Shown: piece by piece, positions 41,542 through 54,867 of the stretch
Numbering within the stretch: position 1 is the stretch's first letter
How the letters are laid out: each line of letters begins with the position of its first letter
Assembly (NCBI GenBank): GCA_964016885.1
Contig: OZ024760.1
Span: 1,674,001-1,738,000, forward strand
DNA length: 64,000 nucleotides
From: Eledone cirrhosa
Lineage: Eukaryota
Direction: 5' to 3'
Notes under the pieces: model-generated
Database searches by the model: none
What the model was told of the DNA's origin: nothing
The model's input: only the letters and a program-made list of their open reading frames with translations
Position numbers and translations under genes: made by a program

Positions 41542-42924
41542 TATATATATATATATAAAGAGATAGAGATTAAGAGCACATATAAAATAGGGTATAAAGA
41601 GTTGATAATCCTAGCTGGCAGCTACACCCCACTGCACCTCACCACCAGACATTAAATGGTCATGATGTAGAATGTTGAATGTAGTCAAAGGGTAGCCGAG
41701 ATGCGACGAGGGTAGTGGTGCAAAATGGTGGGTGGAAGAACCCCCTACCACCCCCTCCCCCTACCACCACCACCACATACTGCTGCCATTACAACTACTA
41801 TCATTATGACTGTCGCTGCTACCACTACTGTCACCAGTACCTCTGCCCAAACCACTACCACAACTACCACCACCACCACTACCACCACCACTACTACCAC
41901 CACCACCACTACCACCACCAATACTACCACTATCACCACCACCACCACGAAAACTACCACCATCACCACTACCATCACTACCACCACCACCACCACCACT
42001 ACTATCAATACTACAACCACCACCACCACCACCACTACCATCAATACTACAACTACCACCATCACCACTACAACCGCCCCCCCCTCACGCCACCACCATT
42101 ACCACAACTACTACCACCACAACTATTGCGACTAACACCATGGCTGCTTCCACCACAACCACCACCACCAACACCACCACCACTACCTCCACCATCACCA
42201 CTACCACCACCTGACCTAATATATATCATTTCCAGTAGAGCAACAGATGTTAACTACAACATCCTGTGGAGTGGAGTGTGGTGTGGAGTGGAGTGTGGAC
42301 TGGAGTGTGGTGTGTGGAGAGATATGTGGAGTGGAGTGGTGTGTGGTGTGTGAACTGGAGTGGAGTGTGGTGTGGTGTGTGAACTGGAGTGGAGTGTGGT
42401 GTGTGGACTGGAGTGTGGTGAGTGGAGAGGAGGGTAGTATAAGGACCCACTCATTCTCCACACTCCCCCTCTACACACATGTTTTGTCTTTAGCACCTTC
42501 AAACACACCCCTCACAACCCCACTCTGATGCCCTCTCTAGTCCCCTTCCCCACCCCCACCCCAACTCCCCAAGCTAGTAACATTTTAAGTATGATGAGGA
42601 ATGGATGCAGGAATATGGGGGGTGGGGTGGTGAGGGTAGAGCTGTGTGAGTGTGTGTGGGGTGGGGTGGATGGGGGTGTTTAATATGTTTAACATACATA
42701 GAATCCCCACACTCACCACCACCACAAGCAACACAACCACCACTGCCACAGGCCTTTATTAAAGGAGGGCTGGTATGATTCTAGCTCCCTTCATATTTTG
42801 GACAGAACTTATTGAGAAAGGCTGCCTGTAATATGTTCCCTTGGCTTAATGGTTTAACCCTTTTGAAAACAACCGGGCCAAAATCATGCAGGAATAGTGT
42901 TAACCCTTTAGCATTTACATTATC

Positions 42925-43407
42925 AACATCATCATCATCATCGTCGTTTAACGTCCATCTTCCACACTAGCATGGGTTTGGACGGGAATTTTCCCACTTG
43001 AGGCAAGATTGGTTATCTTGCTCAGGACTGTCTGGCGGGTTTTCTATGGCTGGATGCCCTTCCTAACACCAACCACGTTTACAGTGTGGAACTGGGAGGT
43101 TTTTACCGTGTTACCTACACGGCCACATTACAGCGTGGACTGTGTGTTTTTTTGTCGTGACACCTACACGACCTCATTTATTTCGGACTGGATGTTGTGG
43201 TACCAACATAACTTTACATCGAAAGGGGTGGTGTGGATGGGGTGTGGGTAGTGGGATGGGGGTGTATTTTTGTTAAGAGGTGCCTACTGACTGTAGGTTT
43301 CGCTTTGTACTTAGGCAAGGCGGGTCTTCTGTATTACTGTGTAGCCCCAAAGATCTCGGTCCAGTGACATTGTCTTGGAGAGGTGTAAGTGTGTGAGGTC
43401 GGAATTT
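42925..43407 (-). mobile_element. RTE 3' fragment nested inside a TTAA MITE
   Basis: The MITE start TTAACCCTTTAGCATTTACATT at 42900 resumes as ACTCTATATATACT at about 43411. Confidence 0.85.
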
Positions 43408-43605
43408 ATTACTCTATATATACTATTATATTTTCATGGTATAAGCTTTATCTCACATAATTATCTCACACAATATTGAATCTATGAGATTTTGATATTA
43501 GTTATTTTGAGAACAATACCTTAACATAAGTATGTGTGGCCAGTTACAGCTGGTTTTTACAGAAAGAGGCGAAAGAATTTTAGTCGGATACGGCCAGTTT
43601 AAATG

Positions 43606-44750
43606 CACCAAAACCACCACCAACACTACCACCATCACCATCACCACTGCCACCAACACTACCACCATCACCATCACCACTACCACCAACACCACCACCA
43701 TCACCATCACCACTGCCACCAACACCATCACCATCACCACTACCACCAACACCACCACCATCACCACTATCACCAACACTACCACCATCACCATCATCAC
43801 TACCACCAACACCACCACCATCACCATCACCACTATCACCAACACTGCCACCATCACCATCACCACTACCACCAACAACACCACCATCACCAACACCACT
43901 ACCACCAACACCACCACCATCACCATCACCACTGCCACCAACACTACCACTATCACCATCACTATTATCACCAACACTGCCACCATCACCATCACCACTA
44001 CCACTACCACCAACACTACCACCATCACCACTGCCACCAACACCGCCACCATCACCATCACCACTACCACCAACACTACCACCACTACTACAGCCACTAC
44101 TGCAACTATCATTACTACCTTCATCAAATCTACTGGCACCAAGACCACAACAGCTTGCTAGCATAAAAACCATCATCACCACTACCACCACCACTACCAC
44201 CATCATCACTACTAGCACCACAACTACCACCATCACACTAACACCATCATCACCACTACCACCATCACCACTACTAGCACCACAACTACCACCATCACAC
44301 TAACACCATCATCACCACTACCACCATCACCACTACTAGCACCACAACTACCACCATCACCACTAACACCACCATCACCACTACCACCACCACTACCGCC
44401 ATCATCACTACTAGCACCACCATCACCACTACCACCAAGACCACAATAGCTTGCTAGCACCACAACTACCATCATCACCACTAACACCACCATCACCATC
44501 ACTACTACCACCAAGACCACAACAGCTTGCTAGCACCACAACTACCATCATCACCACTGCCACCACCACTGCCACCAGCATCATTACTAGCAGCAGGATG
44601 ACAACAGCCACACCCTACCTCACCTCCAAAACCACCACCACCACCACCATCATCATCATCAATCATCAAGATCATCACCTCCTCCCCCACTTTCACCACA
44701 TTCACCACTAACCCTCTACAAGCTACCCCACCACCACCACCAACAACACC
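43606..44750. repeat. (CAC/CAT/TAC)n low-complexity tract (a similar tract lies at 41760-42210)
   Basis: Directly visible. Confidence 0.95.
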
Positions 44751-45364
44751 ACAGTCATTTTTAGTGGGCTATTAACTGGATGAAAGCCGGATCTCCCTAC
44801 CCACCCAAATCCCCTAACCCTTCCCTTTCCTGCCTTCTGGGGCTATGGAAAGATGAGAGGGAATGATAAAGTGGGAGAGAGAGAGATGGAGTGGGAATGA
44901 GAAAGCAAGAGAGAGGGAGAGAGAGAGAAAGTGAGAGATGTGAAGAGGGATTGAGAAAGAGGGAGGGAGAGAGAAGGAGAGGAAGAGAGAAGGAATGAGA
45001 AAGTAAGAGAGAGAGAGAGATGGAGATGGAGAAGAAATGAGTGAGTGAGAGAAAGATTTGAGATGTTTTTTCACCATTTCCTTCATACCCCTCCTAATTC
45101 TCTCCCAACCCATTTCTGGTTCAGATTTTTCTTAGCTGTTTTATTAAGTCCCCAAAGACACAGATGGTTGCCTGATTAAAGTATTGAGGACTACCTGTTC
45201 ACAGAGTAGGGGTGGATGTAGCTAGATTCTCCACCACATGCTTTCCAGATTCTGGACACCCCTTACCCCCGCTACACCGACCCCACCCTCAAACCCCACA
45301 GTGCAGCACCCTCAGCAAAAAAGTGTCTGTCTTTCTCTTTCTTTTCATAATAACCTGGTACACT

Positions 45365-46350
45365 GGATTGGCATTAATCGGTAGAGCGTTGGAGAACATG
45401 CTTTGCTGCATATAATTATGTCTTTTTATGTTCTGAGTTTAAATCCCACTGAGGTTAGCTTGGTCTTTCATCCTTACAGGGTCGATAAATAAAGTATCAG
45501 TAATGCACTGGGGTCAATTTAATTGGCTTTCCCCGCCGCAAAAATTGCTGGCCTTGTGCCTAAATCAGAAACCATTAAAACCTGGTGCATTGGAGTAACA
45601 TTATTTGATAGAGTGTCCCTTTACGATCTGAGTTCAAATCCCGCCGAGGTTGACTTTGCCTTTCTTCCTTATGGGGTCGATAAAATAAAGTACCAGTAAT
45701 GCACTGGGGAATTTGCTGGCCTTGTGCCTAAAGTAGAAACAATTATTTGATAGAGTGTGAAGGGCGGTGAATTGGCAGTATCGGTAGAGGGTTGGATGCC
45801 ATGCTTTCTAGCATAGTTACGTCCCCTTACGGTCCGAGTTTAAATCCCGTCGAAGTTAACTTTGCCTTTCATCCTTACGGGGTCGATAAAATAAAGTACC
45901 AGTAATGTACTGGGTAATTGCTGGCCTTGTGCCTAAAGTAGAAACAATTATTTGATAGATTATGTAACTCAGATATCAGAGAGTCACTCCAGGTAGAGCT
46001 GCTTCTTCTCTGAATTGAAAGATCACAGTTCCGATACTATGGGCATGTGGTTACCCCAAGCAAGATGGTTGGAAAACATCCATGAACTCAGAGGGTCTCA
46101 CTTGGGGATCCTGGGACTAGGATTTATTTTATTGACCTCCAATTTATCAAGCCCCAATGAAAGACGATAACGTTGACTTCGGTGGGATTTGAACTCAGAG
46201 TGCAGATCCCACCAAGGTTACCTAGGCTTTTTATCCTAACAGGGTCGATAAATAAAGTACCGGGGTCGAAATAATGCACTGGGGTCGATTTAATTGGCTT
46301 TCCCCACCCCAAAAATTGCTGGCCTTGTGCCTAAATCAGAAACCATTAAA
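45365..46350 (+). mobile_element. Cluster of 4-5 Nin/Deu-like SINEs, mostly head-to-tail, interleaved with RTE pieces
   Basis: Copies at about 45365-45575, 45615-45745, 45760-45950 and 46200-46350, plus an inverted partial at 46125-46200. Confidence 0.85.
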
Positions 46351-46374
46351 ACCTGTTGCATTGGAGTAACATTA

Positions 46375-46720
46375 TTCGATAGAGTGCATAACTCGTAGAT
46401 CAGAGAGTCACTCCAGGTGGAGCTGCTACTTCTCTGAATCGAGAGATCACAGCTCCGCTATATAATGGACATGTGGAGATAATGTCTTAGGAAAGAATTG
46501 CTGGACAGATTTTGCAGGCAAAAACCAGCCGGCAGGAGACCCTCCGGGGGTAGACCCCAAGCAAGATGGTTGGATAACATCCATGAACCCCCGGAGGGTC
46601 TCACTTGGGGATCCAGCCAGATCAATCGGAGATGGTTGCTGCTGACAGGACCCACCGGAAGGAGTGTTTGATGACCCCCTGCCTTCACGACCCTCTCAGG
46701 AATAAGTGGGCAAAGAAGAG
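46375..46720 (+). mobile_element. RTE LINE 3' end running into a (GAT)n tail
   Basis: GQILQAKTSRQETLRG.PQARWLDNIHE ... LGIQPDQSEMVAADRT. Confidence 0.82.
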
Positions 46721-46728
46721 GATGATGT

Positions 46729-46763
<35 letters not shown>

Positions 46764-46875
46764 TTGATGATGATGATGGCAATAATAGTGATGTTGATGA
46801 TGATGATGATGATGTTGATGATGATGATGATGATGATGTTGACGATGTTGATGATGATGATGATGGCAATAATAG

Positions 46876-46907
<32 letters not shown>

Positions 46908-46908
46908 T

Positions 46909-46949
<41 letters not shown>

Positions 46950-46950
46950 T

Positions 46951-46991
<41 letters not shown>

Positions 46992-46992
46992 T

Positions 46993-47065
<73 letters not shown>
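46721..47065. repeat. Expanded (GAT)n microsatellite
   Basis: Directly visible, immediately 3' of the RTE end. Confidence 0.97.
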
Positions 47066-47199
47066 ACCAGTAAAAGATGATGATGCTGTTGCTAATAAAT
47101 GATGATGATGATGGTGGTGGTGGTGCTGGTGGTGGTGATGATGATAGTGATGGTAGTGGTGGTGGTTGTGACGGTGATGATATTGGTGGTATTAGTTGT

Positions 47200-49105
47200 G
47201 ATGCTGGAGGTGGTGGTGGTGGTGGTGGTGTAGGTAGTAGTGGTATTGGTTGTGATGGTGGTGGTGGTGGTGGTGGTGGTGGTGTAGGTAGTAGTGGTAT
47301 TGGTTGTGATGGTGGTGGTGGTGGTGGTGGTGGTGGTGTAGGTAGTAGTGGTATTGGTTGTGATGGTGGTGGTGGTGGTGGTGGTGGTGGTGTAGGTAGT
47401 AGTGGTATTGGTTGTGATGGTGGTGGTGGTGGTGGTGGTGGTGGTGTAGGTAGTAGTGGTATTGGTTGTGATGGTGGTGGTGGTGGTGGTGGTGGTGGTG
47501 TAGGTAGTAGTGGTATTGGTTGTGATGGTGGTGGTGGTGGTGGTGGTGGTGGTGTAGGTAGTAGTGGTATTGGTTGTGATGGTGGTGGTGGTGGTGGTGG
47601 TGGTGGTGTAGGTAGTAGTGGTATTGGTTGTGATGGTGGTGGTGGTGGTGGTGGTGGTGGTGTAGGTAGTAGTGGTATTGGTTGTGATGGTGGTGGTGGT
47701 GGTGGTGGTGGTGGTGTAGGTAGTAGTGGTATTGGTTGTGATGGTGGTGGTGGTGGTGGTGGTGGTGGTGTAGGTAGTAGTGGTATTGGTTGTGATGGTG
47801 GTGGTGGTGGTGGTGGTGGTGGTGTAGGTAGTAGTGGTATTGGTTGTGATGGTGGTGGTGGTGGTGGTGGTGGTGGTGTAGGTAGTAGTGGTATTGGTTG
47901 TGATGGTGGTGGTGGTGGTGGTGGTGGTGGTGTAGGTAGTAGTGGTATTGGTTGTGATGGTGGTGGTGGTGGTGGTGGTGGTGGTGTAGGTAGTAGTGGT
48001 ATTGGTTGTGATGGTGGTGGTGGTGGTGGTGGTGGTGGTGTAGGTAGTAGTGGTATTGGTTGTGATGGTGGTGGTGGTGGTGGTGGTGGTGGTGTAGGTA
48101 GTAGTGGTATTGGTTGTGATGGTGGTGGTGGTGGTGGTGGTGGTGGTGTAGGTAGTAGTGGTATTGGTTGTGATGGTGGTGGTGGTGGTGGTGGTGGTGG
48201 TGTAGGTAGTAGTGGTATTGGTTGTGATGGTGGTGGTGGTGGTGGTGGTGGTGGTGTAGGTAGTAGTGGTATTGGTTGTGATGGTGGTGGTGGTGGTGGT
48301 GGTGGTGGTGTAGGTAGTAGTGGTATTGGTTGTGATGGTGGTGGTGGTGGTGGTGGTGGTGGTGTAGGTAGTAGTGGTATTGGTTGTGATGGTGGTGGTG
48401 GTGGTGGTGGTGGTGGTGTAGGTAGTAGTGGTATTGGTTGTGATGGTGGTGGTGGTGGTGGTGGTGGTGGTGTAGGTAGTAGTGGTATTGGTTGTGATGG
48501 TGGTGGTGGTGGTGGTGGTGGTGGTGTAGGTAGTAGTGGTATTGGTTGTGATGGTGGTGGTGGTGGTGGTGGTGGTGGTGTAGGTAGTAGTGGTATTGGT
48601 TGTGATGGTGGTGGTGGTGGTGGTGGTGGTGGTGTAGGTAGTAGTGGTATTGGTTGTGATGGTGGTGGTGGTGGTGGTGGTGGTGGTGTAGGTAGTAGTG
48701 GTATTGGTTGTGATGGTGGTGGTGGTGGTGGTGGTGGTGGTGTAGGTAGTAGTGGTATTGGTTGTGATGGTGGTGGTGGTGGTGGTGGTGGTGGTGTAGG
48801 TAGTAGTGGTATTGGTTGTGATGGTGGTGGTGGTGGTGGTGGTGGTGGTGTAGGTAGTAGTGGTATTGGTTGTGATGGTGGTGGTGGTGGTGGTGGTGGT
48901 GGTGTAGGTAGTAGTGGTATTGGTTGTGATGGTGGTGGTGGTGGTGGTGGTGGTGGTGTAGGTAGTAGTGGTATTGGTTGTGATGGTGGTGGTGGTGGTG
49001 GTGGTGGTGGTGTAGGTAGTAGTGGTATTGGTTGTGATGGTGGTGGTGGTGGTGGTGGTGGTGGTGTAGGTAGTAGTGGTATTGGTTGTGATGGTGGTGG
49101 TGGTG
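47200..49105. repeat. 54-bp minisatellite, ~35 apparently identical copies
   Basis: Unit GTAGGTAGTAGTGGTATTGGTTGTGAT(GGT)9. Confidence 0.97.
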
Positions 49106-49187
49106 GAGAAGAAGACTCTCAAAGTGAGGAAAGGTAAAGTTGACCTTGGCGGGATTTGCACCCCAAACACAGAGAGCTGGATACAAC

Positions 49188-49388
49188 AAACACCACAAGG
49201 TATCACGTTTGACATCCTAACATTTTCAAACACCACAAGGTATCACGTTTGACATCCTAACATTTTCAAACACCACAAGGTATCACGTTTGACATCCTAA
49301 CATTTTCAAACACCACAAGGTATCACGTTTGACATCCTAACATTTTCAAACACCACAAGGTATCACGTTTGACATCCCAACATTTTCA
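49188..49388. repeat. 40-bp tandem repeat x5 within a duplicated Nin-SINE-derived block (49130-49720)
   Basis: CACCACAAGGTATCACGTTTGACATCCTAACATTTTCAAA at 49191, 49231 and onward. Confidence 0.92.
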
Positions 49389-50295
49389 GGCAATCCATCC
49401 CACCTGGATTGGTGCTTTGTTTTATCGAGCCCCAAAATGATGAAAGAAGATAGAATTGACCCCGGCAGGATTTCAACTCAGAACACAGAGAGCCAGAAAG
49501 AATAACAAACACCACAAGGTATCATGTTTGGCATCCTAATATTTCCAGACAATCCATCCCACCTGGACTGGTACTTTATTTTATCGAGCCCCCAAAATGA
49601 TAAAAGGTAAAGTTGAACTCGGCAGGATTTGAACTGGGAACAGAGAACACAGACAGGAAAAATCAACAAACAACACCACAAGGTATTTAATTCGATGCTC
49701 TAACGACTCCTTACCAATTTGTCCCCTAGAGTCTGCCTAAGCCAACATCAGCCCATAACACCTGTCCGTCAAATCTAAATCTTTATTTAATCAGGTTTTT
49801 GTTTATTTTATTTCTCTGGTTGGTGGGAGATTCCTTAACATGATAAAAAATGTTTTTTCACAGGGTTTTGGTGGTGTTTTTAACTGTTTTTGTTCTGTTT
49901 TTATCCCCTTGATTCGTGTTCCTGTAATTTTATATGTGCCCCACCCAAAACACAATCTTATTTAAGACCAACACATGCCTCCTCAGAGGAGCGACAGAAA
50001 GAGTTTGGAGAAAGAAGGAGAGAAAGAGAGATGGGTTTAGATAAAGAGGGATTGAGAGAGAGAGGGCTAATTTGTAGCCTATATGTGTGTGTGTGAGTGC
50101 AAGTGAATATATACATATATATATATATATACATACACACACATACATAAATTATCCCATTCTCTCACTATATATATATATATATGTACTATATATATAT
50201 ATATATGTATATGTGTGTATATATATATGTGTGTGTATGTATATATATATGCATGTGTATATGTATATATGTGTGTATATATATATACACATACA

Positions 50296-50331
<36 letters not shown>

Positions 50332-50607
50332 TATATATACATACACACATATATATATATACACATATACATGTATATATATATATATATATACGCCCAC
50401 GCCCATCTGCATTCATAAATCATATACATACATAAATCATATAGATTTATCTGTCTGATTCTGTTTGTGTGTATATGTATGTACATAAACATATATACAT
50501 ACATGAGTTTATCTGATTTTTCTTCTCGCCCCCTCCCTTGTTTATGTGTGGGTAGATATACATATATATATAGACCTATATATCTATAGAGAGAGAGAGA
50601 CCTATAT

Positions 50608-50951
50608 ATTTCATTTCATTTCATTTCATTTTATGTCCACTTTTCTCTGCTTGCAAGGGTGGGACGGGAACTGATTCTGGCTTGATTTCTACAGCTGGAT
50701 GCCCTTCCTAACACCAACCTCATTTACAGTGAGTGCTGGGTGCTTTTTTGCCGTGGCACCTCCACGACCACTTTGCAGTGGAATGATAGGGACTGGGGTC
50801 CCTATCATCTCATTTCTACAGCTGAGTAAACTGGAGCAATGTGAAATAAAGTGTCTTGCTCAAGGAAACAACACATCACCCGGTCTGAGAATTGAACTCA
50901 CAACCTTTCGATTGCAAGGCCAATGCTCTAACCACTAAGCCATGTGGCTCC
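50608..50951 (-). mobile_element. Full-length tRNA-derived CORE-like SINE with RTE-derived tail and (GAAAT)n end
   Basis: Near-identical reverse complement of 52672-53013. Confidence 0.88.
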
Positions 50952-51499
50952 ATATATATATGTATATATATACATATTTATATATAGGTCTATATATATA
51001 TATGTATATATATACATATGTATGAATGGTGCATGTGTATGTGTGTATATGTATATATATGTATATATATATATATATATGTACATATATATGTGTGTGG
51101 ATATGCGCGCGTGTGTGTGTGTGTGTGTGTGCGTGTGTGTATATGTATTATTGTTTGTATGTGTATATGTGTTTGTGTATGTAAGTGTACGTTTTTTATA
51201 TATATGTGTATATGTATATATGTATGCGTACATATATGTATATATGTATGTGTGTGTAAGTATGCTTTTGGGGTTTTTTGTGTGTGTGTTTGCATGCGTA
51301 GTTTTATTTTATTTTATTTTTCCTTTCCTTCTCCCTTCTCCAGCCTCACTTTCATATAGATTGCATTTTTGTTTGTAATCCAAATTCAATAAACAAACCA
51401 GGATTTTTCCATTCTGAGGATTGAAAGCAAAACCTTTTGCTTTTAAGAAACCACTGGTAAATGGAATAATTGCCTTATGTTGTTTATTACATAATAATA

Positions 51500-51562
<63 letters not shown>

Positions 51563-51609
51563 TCTCTATATATATATATAGAGAGAGAGATATATATATA
51601 TATATAGAT

Positions 51610-52123
51610 ATCATCATCATCATCGTTTAACGTCCCTGTTCCACACTTGCATGGGTTTGGACGGGGGTTTTCCCACTTGAGGCAAGAGTGGTTGTCTTGC
51701 TCGCATAGGACTGTCTGGCGGGTTTTCTACAGCTGGATGCCCTTCCTAACACCAACCACATTTACAGTGTGGGACTGGGAGGGTTTTACCGTGTTGCCTA
51801 CACGGCCACATTACAGCGTGGACTGTGTGTTTTTTGTCGTGACACCTACACGATCTCATTTGTTTCGGCCTGGATGTTGTGGCACCAACATAACTTTGCA
51901 TTGAAGGGGGCGGTGTGGATGGGGTGGGACGAGGGTGTATTTTGTTAGAGATGCCTACTGACTAGTAGGTTTTACTTTGTATTTAGGTAAGGCGGGTCTT
52001 CTCTGTTACTGAGTACCGCCAAAGGTCTCAGTCCAGTGACATTGTCTTGGAGAGGTGTAAGTGTGTGAGGTCGGAATTTATCAGCTCGTCCCAGGTTTTC
52101 CTGGGTCTGCCTACTCCGTGGCT
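51610..52123 (-). mobile_element. 5'-truncated RTE LINE (long-UTR family)
   Basis: GRPRKTWDELINSDL..KTRLT* followed by UTR and (GAT)n. Confidence 0.9.
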
Positions 52124-52426
52124 ACCATCTATCTTTATATATATATATATATATATAAATATATATATATGTATATATATATAGGTCTATATATATATAT
52201 ATAGACCTATATATATATATATCCCACTGGATAAGATCATACAACATAAATATGAAAAGATGGGTGAAGACACTGAAAAACTGGATGTAACAGAGGACAG
52301 TCCCTTCTGATTGGTCCACCGCTGGAGGTCCTCATGGTTTTAGTAATAGGACACTAACAACACTTATGTATCTACCTGAATGTTCTGAAGACTACGATTT
52401 TAATCACCTGTTTAGACATTCCCTAC

Positions 52427-52471
52427 GCTGTGATGATTCCAGACATCCCTCTGGAAGAAACAATTGTCAGC
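52427..52471 (+). ncRNA. Minimal hammerhead motif with C3G substitution, inside a unique segment bounded by (TA)n
   Basis: GCT-GTGATGA-TTCCAGA CATCCC TCTGGAA-GAAA-CAATTG-TC-AGC-AAATAAA. Confidence 0.72.
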
Positions 52472-52671
52472 AAATAAATGTATTAAACTAAGATTTGATT
52501 GTTTTAACACTCTGTATCTCGGCTCTGTAAAACACTTGATAATTTGCATTGAGCCTTTTGTCATACCGGTAACTGGCTAGTACTTAGTACTACCCTCCAT
52601 ATTTATAGTTGTATATTAAACATATATAAGTATAAATATTGCTATTACTATATATATATATAGTATAGAAT

Positions 52672-53013
52672 GGAGGCATATGGCTTAGTGGTTAGAGCAT
52701 TGGCCTTGCAATCGAAAGGTTGTGAGTTCAATTCTCAGACCGGGTGATGTGTTGTTTCCTTGAGCAAGACACTTTATTTCACATTGCTCCAGTTTACTCA
52801 GCTGTAGAAATGAGATGATAGGGACTGGGGTCCATATCATTCCACTGCAAAGTGGTCGTGGAGGTGCCACGGCAAAAAAGCACCCAGCACTCACTGTAAA
52901 TGAGGTTGGTGTTAGGAAGGGGATCCAGCTGTAGAAATCAAGCCAGAATCAGTTCCCGTCCCACCCTTGCAAGCAGGGAAAAGCGGACGTATGATGATGA
53001 TGATGATGATGAT
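52672..53013 (+). mobile_element. Full-length tRNA-derived CORE-like SINE with Meta-like segment and RTE tail
   Basis: A box TGGCTTAGTGG, B box GAGTTCAATTC, MIR-core-like TTCCTTGAGCAAGACACTT..CAGTTTACTCAGCTGTAGAAATG. Tail identical to the LINE end at 57711-57747. Confidence 0.88.
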
Positions 53014-53158
53014 ATATATATTAGAAAGTGAGGTTTTTTTTACAAAATGAAAAATAACCGAGGTGTTCTACACGAGTGAAAGTATAAAGAAAAAAAGATG
53101 AAATCGAAAATGCAACTGGAGTCTTATTTTTTAAAATATATATATATTTATTTGGTTC

Positions 53159-53194
53159 CTTTACCGGTTTCGCAGTTCTTCTGCTTTTCAAAAG
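53159..53194 (-). ncRNA. Minimal hammerhead motif with U3-A8 core
   Basis: CTT-TTGAAAA-GCAG AAGAA CTGC-GAAA-CCGG-TA-AAG, followed by AATAAA. Confidence 0.68.
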
Positions 53195-53416
53195 TAGAGT
53201 TGAGATGGAGGGTCTGTGGTTTTTCTCACATCTCAAATTTATATGTATATATATATATATATTGTTATACTTTGGGAGGGTCATGTTGCCAATAAGAAAC
53301 ACACGCACCAGTTGCTTTCACTTCAGTTTATTATATATTTATAAATTTACAAGTTTATAAATTTATAAATTTCTGGTTGGTTCGTTGGTTCCACAACCAG
53401 ATAGTTGTTTATATAT

Positions 53417-53461
53417 AGTCATAGTCCTTTCGTCACACACTCTGTGACCTCTTCAGTGACT
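53417..53461 (-). ncRNA. Minimal type I hammerhead motif
   Basis: AGTCA-CTGAAGA-G GTCAC AGAGTGT GTGAC-GAAA-GGAC-TA-TGACT. Confidence 0.78.
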
Positions 53462-53811
53462 GGGGATTCCTTTCTTTGTTTCTGTGCCTCTCCTTTGCTC
53501 TGTCCTACGCCATTTTGTTATATATACAAATTTTAGTACAGCATCAACGAAGCTTTAGGTTGCAGCCAAGCCAACGAATGCAGTTTCGGTGTGCAGCTAA
53601 GCACTTAATGTAGAATTTTACCCCCAGAGTTATAACATTACGTTTAGACAGCTTTGCAAATCAAATACAGCGACGACCAATAGGCTGGCCGCTTAGACCA
53701 TAGCGATGAAAAAAACTGAACTCAGGAAAAATCCCCCTCCCCACACACCCACCGTTAGTTGTATTGAAAGATGAATGTTCCAAGTACTTCCTTAAAATCC
53801 CTATTTGTTGC

Positions 53812-53907
53812 TAACTACAACTGCTACCATCATCTCCACCACCACTACTAGTACTACTACTACTACCATCACCACTACCACCCCTACTACTACTACTACT
53901 TACACTT

Positions 53908-53941
<34 letters not shown>

Positions 53942-53975
53942 CACAAATACACACCCACCTTGCTAGCCTGCCACC

Positions 53976-54010
<35 letters not shown>

Positions 54011-54063
54011 AGCTACTACCACCACCACCACCACCACAAATACACACCCACCATGCTAGCCTG

Positions 54064-54109
<46 letters not shown>

Positions 54110-54142
54110 CACCACCACCACCACCCCTACTACTACTACTTA

Positions 54143-54175
<33 letters not shown>

Positions 54176-54230
54176 AGCTACTACTACCACCACCACCACA
54201 AATACACACCCACCTTGCTAGCCTGCCACC

Positions 54231-54271
<41 letters not shown>

Positions 54272-54295
54272 CACCACCACCACCCCTACTACTTA

Positions 54296-54349
<54 letters not shown>

Positions 54350-54404
54350 AGCTACTACTACCACCACCACCACAAATACACACCCACCTTGCTAGCCTGC
54401 CACC

Positions 54405-54445
<41 letters not shown>

Positions 54446-54487
54446 CACCACCACCACCACCACCACCACCCCTTCTACTACTACTTA

Positions 54488-54520
<33 letters not shown>

Positions 54521-54575
54521 AGCTACTACTACCACCACCACCACAAATACACACCCACCTTGCTAGCCTGCCACC

Positions 54576-54616
<41 letters not shown>

Positions 54617-54658
54617 CACCACCACCACCACCACCACCCCTACTACTACTACTAACAC

Positions 54659-54692
<34 letters not shown>
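53812..54692. repeat. Compound tandem repeat: CACAAATACACACCCACCTTGCTAGCCTG x5 between (ACT)n/(ACC)n runs
   Basis: Directly visible. Confidence 0.92.
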
Positions 54693-54693
<1 letters not shown>

Positions 54694-54821
54694 AGCAGCA
54701 GGATGTACAGTTCCTCATTGCTATGTCCACTGGCCTGGAAAATTAGTTTTTTGAGGTGGAGACCCTTCTAAGAACATTTCATTCAGACACACACTGGTGT
54801 GTGTGTATAGTATTTATATGT

Positions 54822-54867
<46 letters not shown>

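Noticed and set aside
47077-49236. 686-aa Gly-rich, 714-aa Thr-rich and 668-aa His-rich ORFs as structural protein genes
   Set aside because: No signal peptide, no synonymous variation between units, open on both strands, and flanked by a LINE tail and a SINE.
52672-52745. tRNA gene
   Set aside because: A and B boxes are present, but this is the head of a SINE with body and tail and exists as a dispersed copy.
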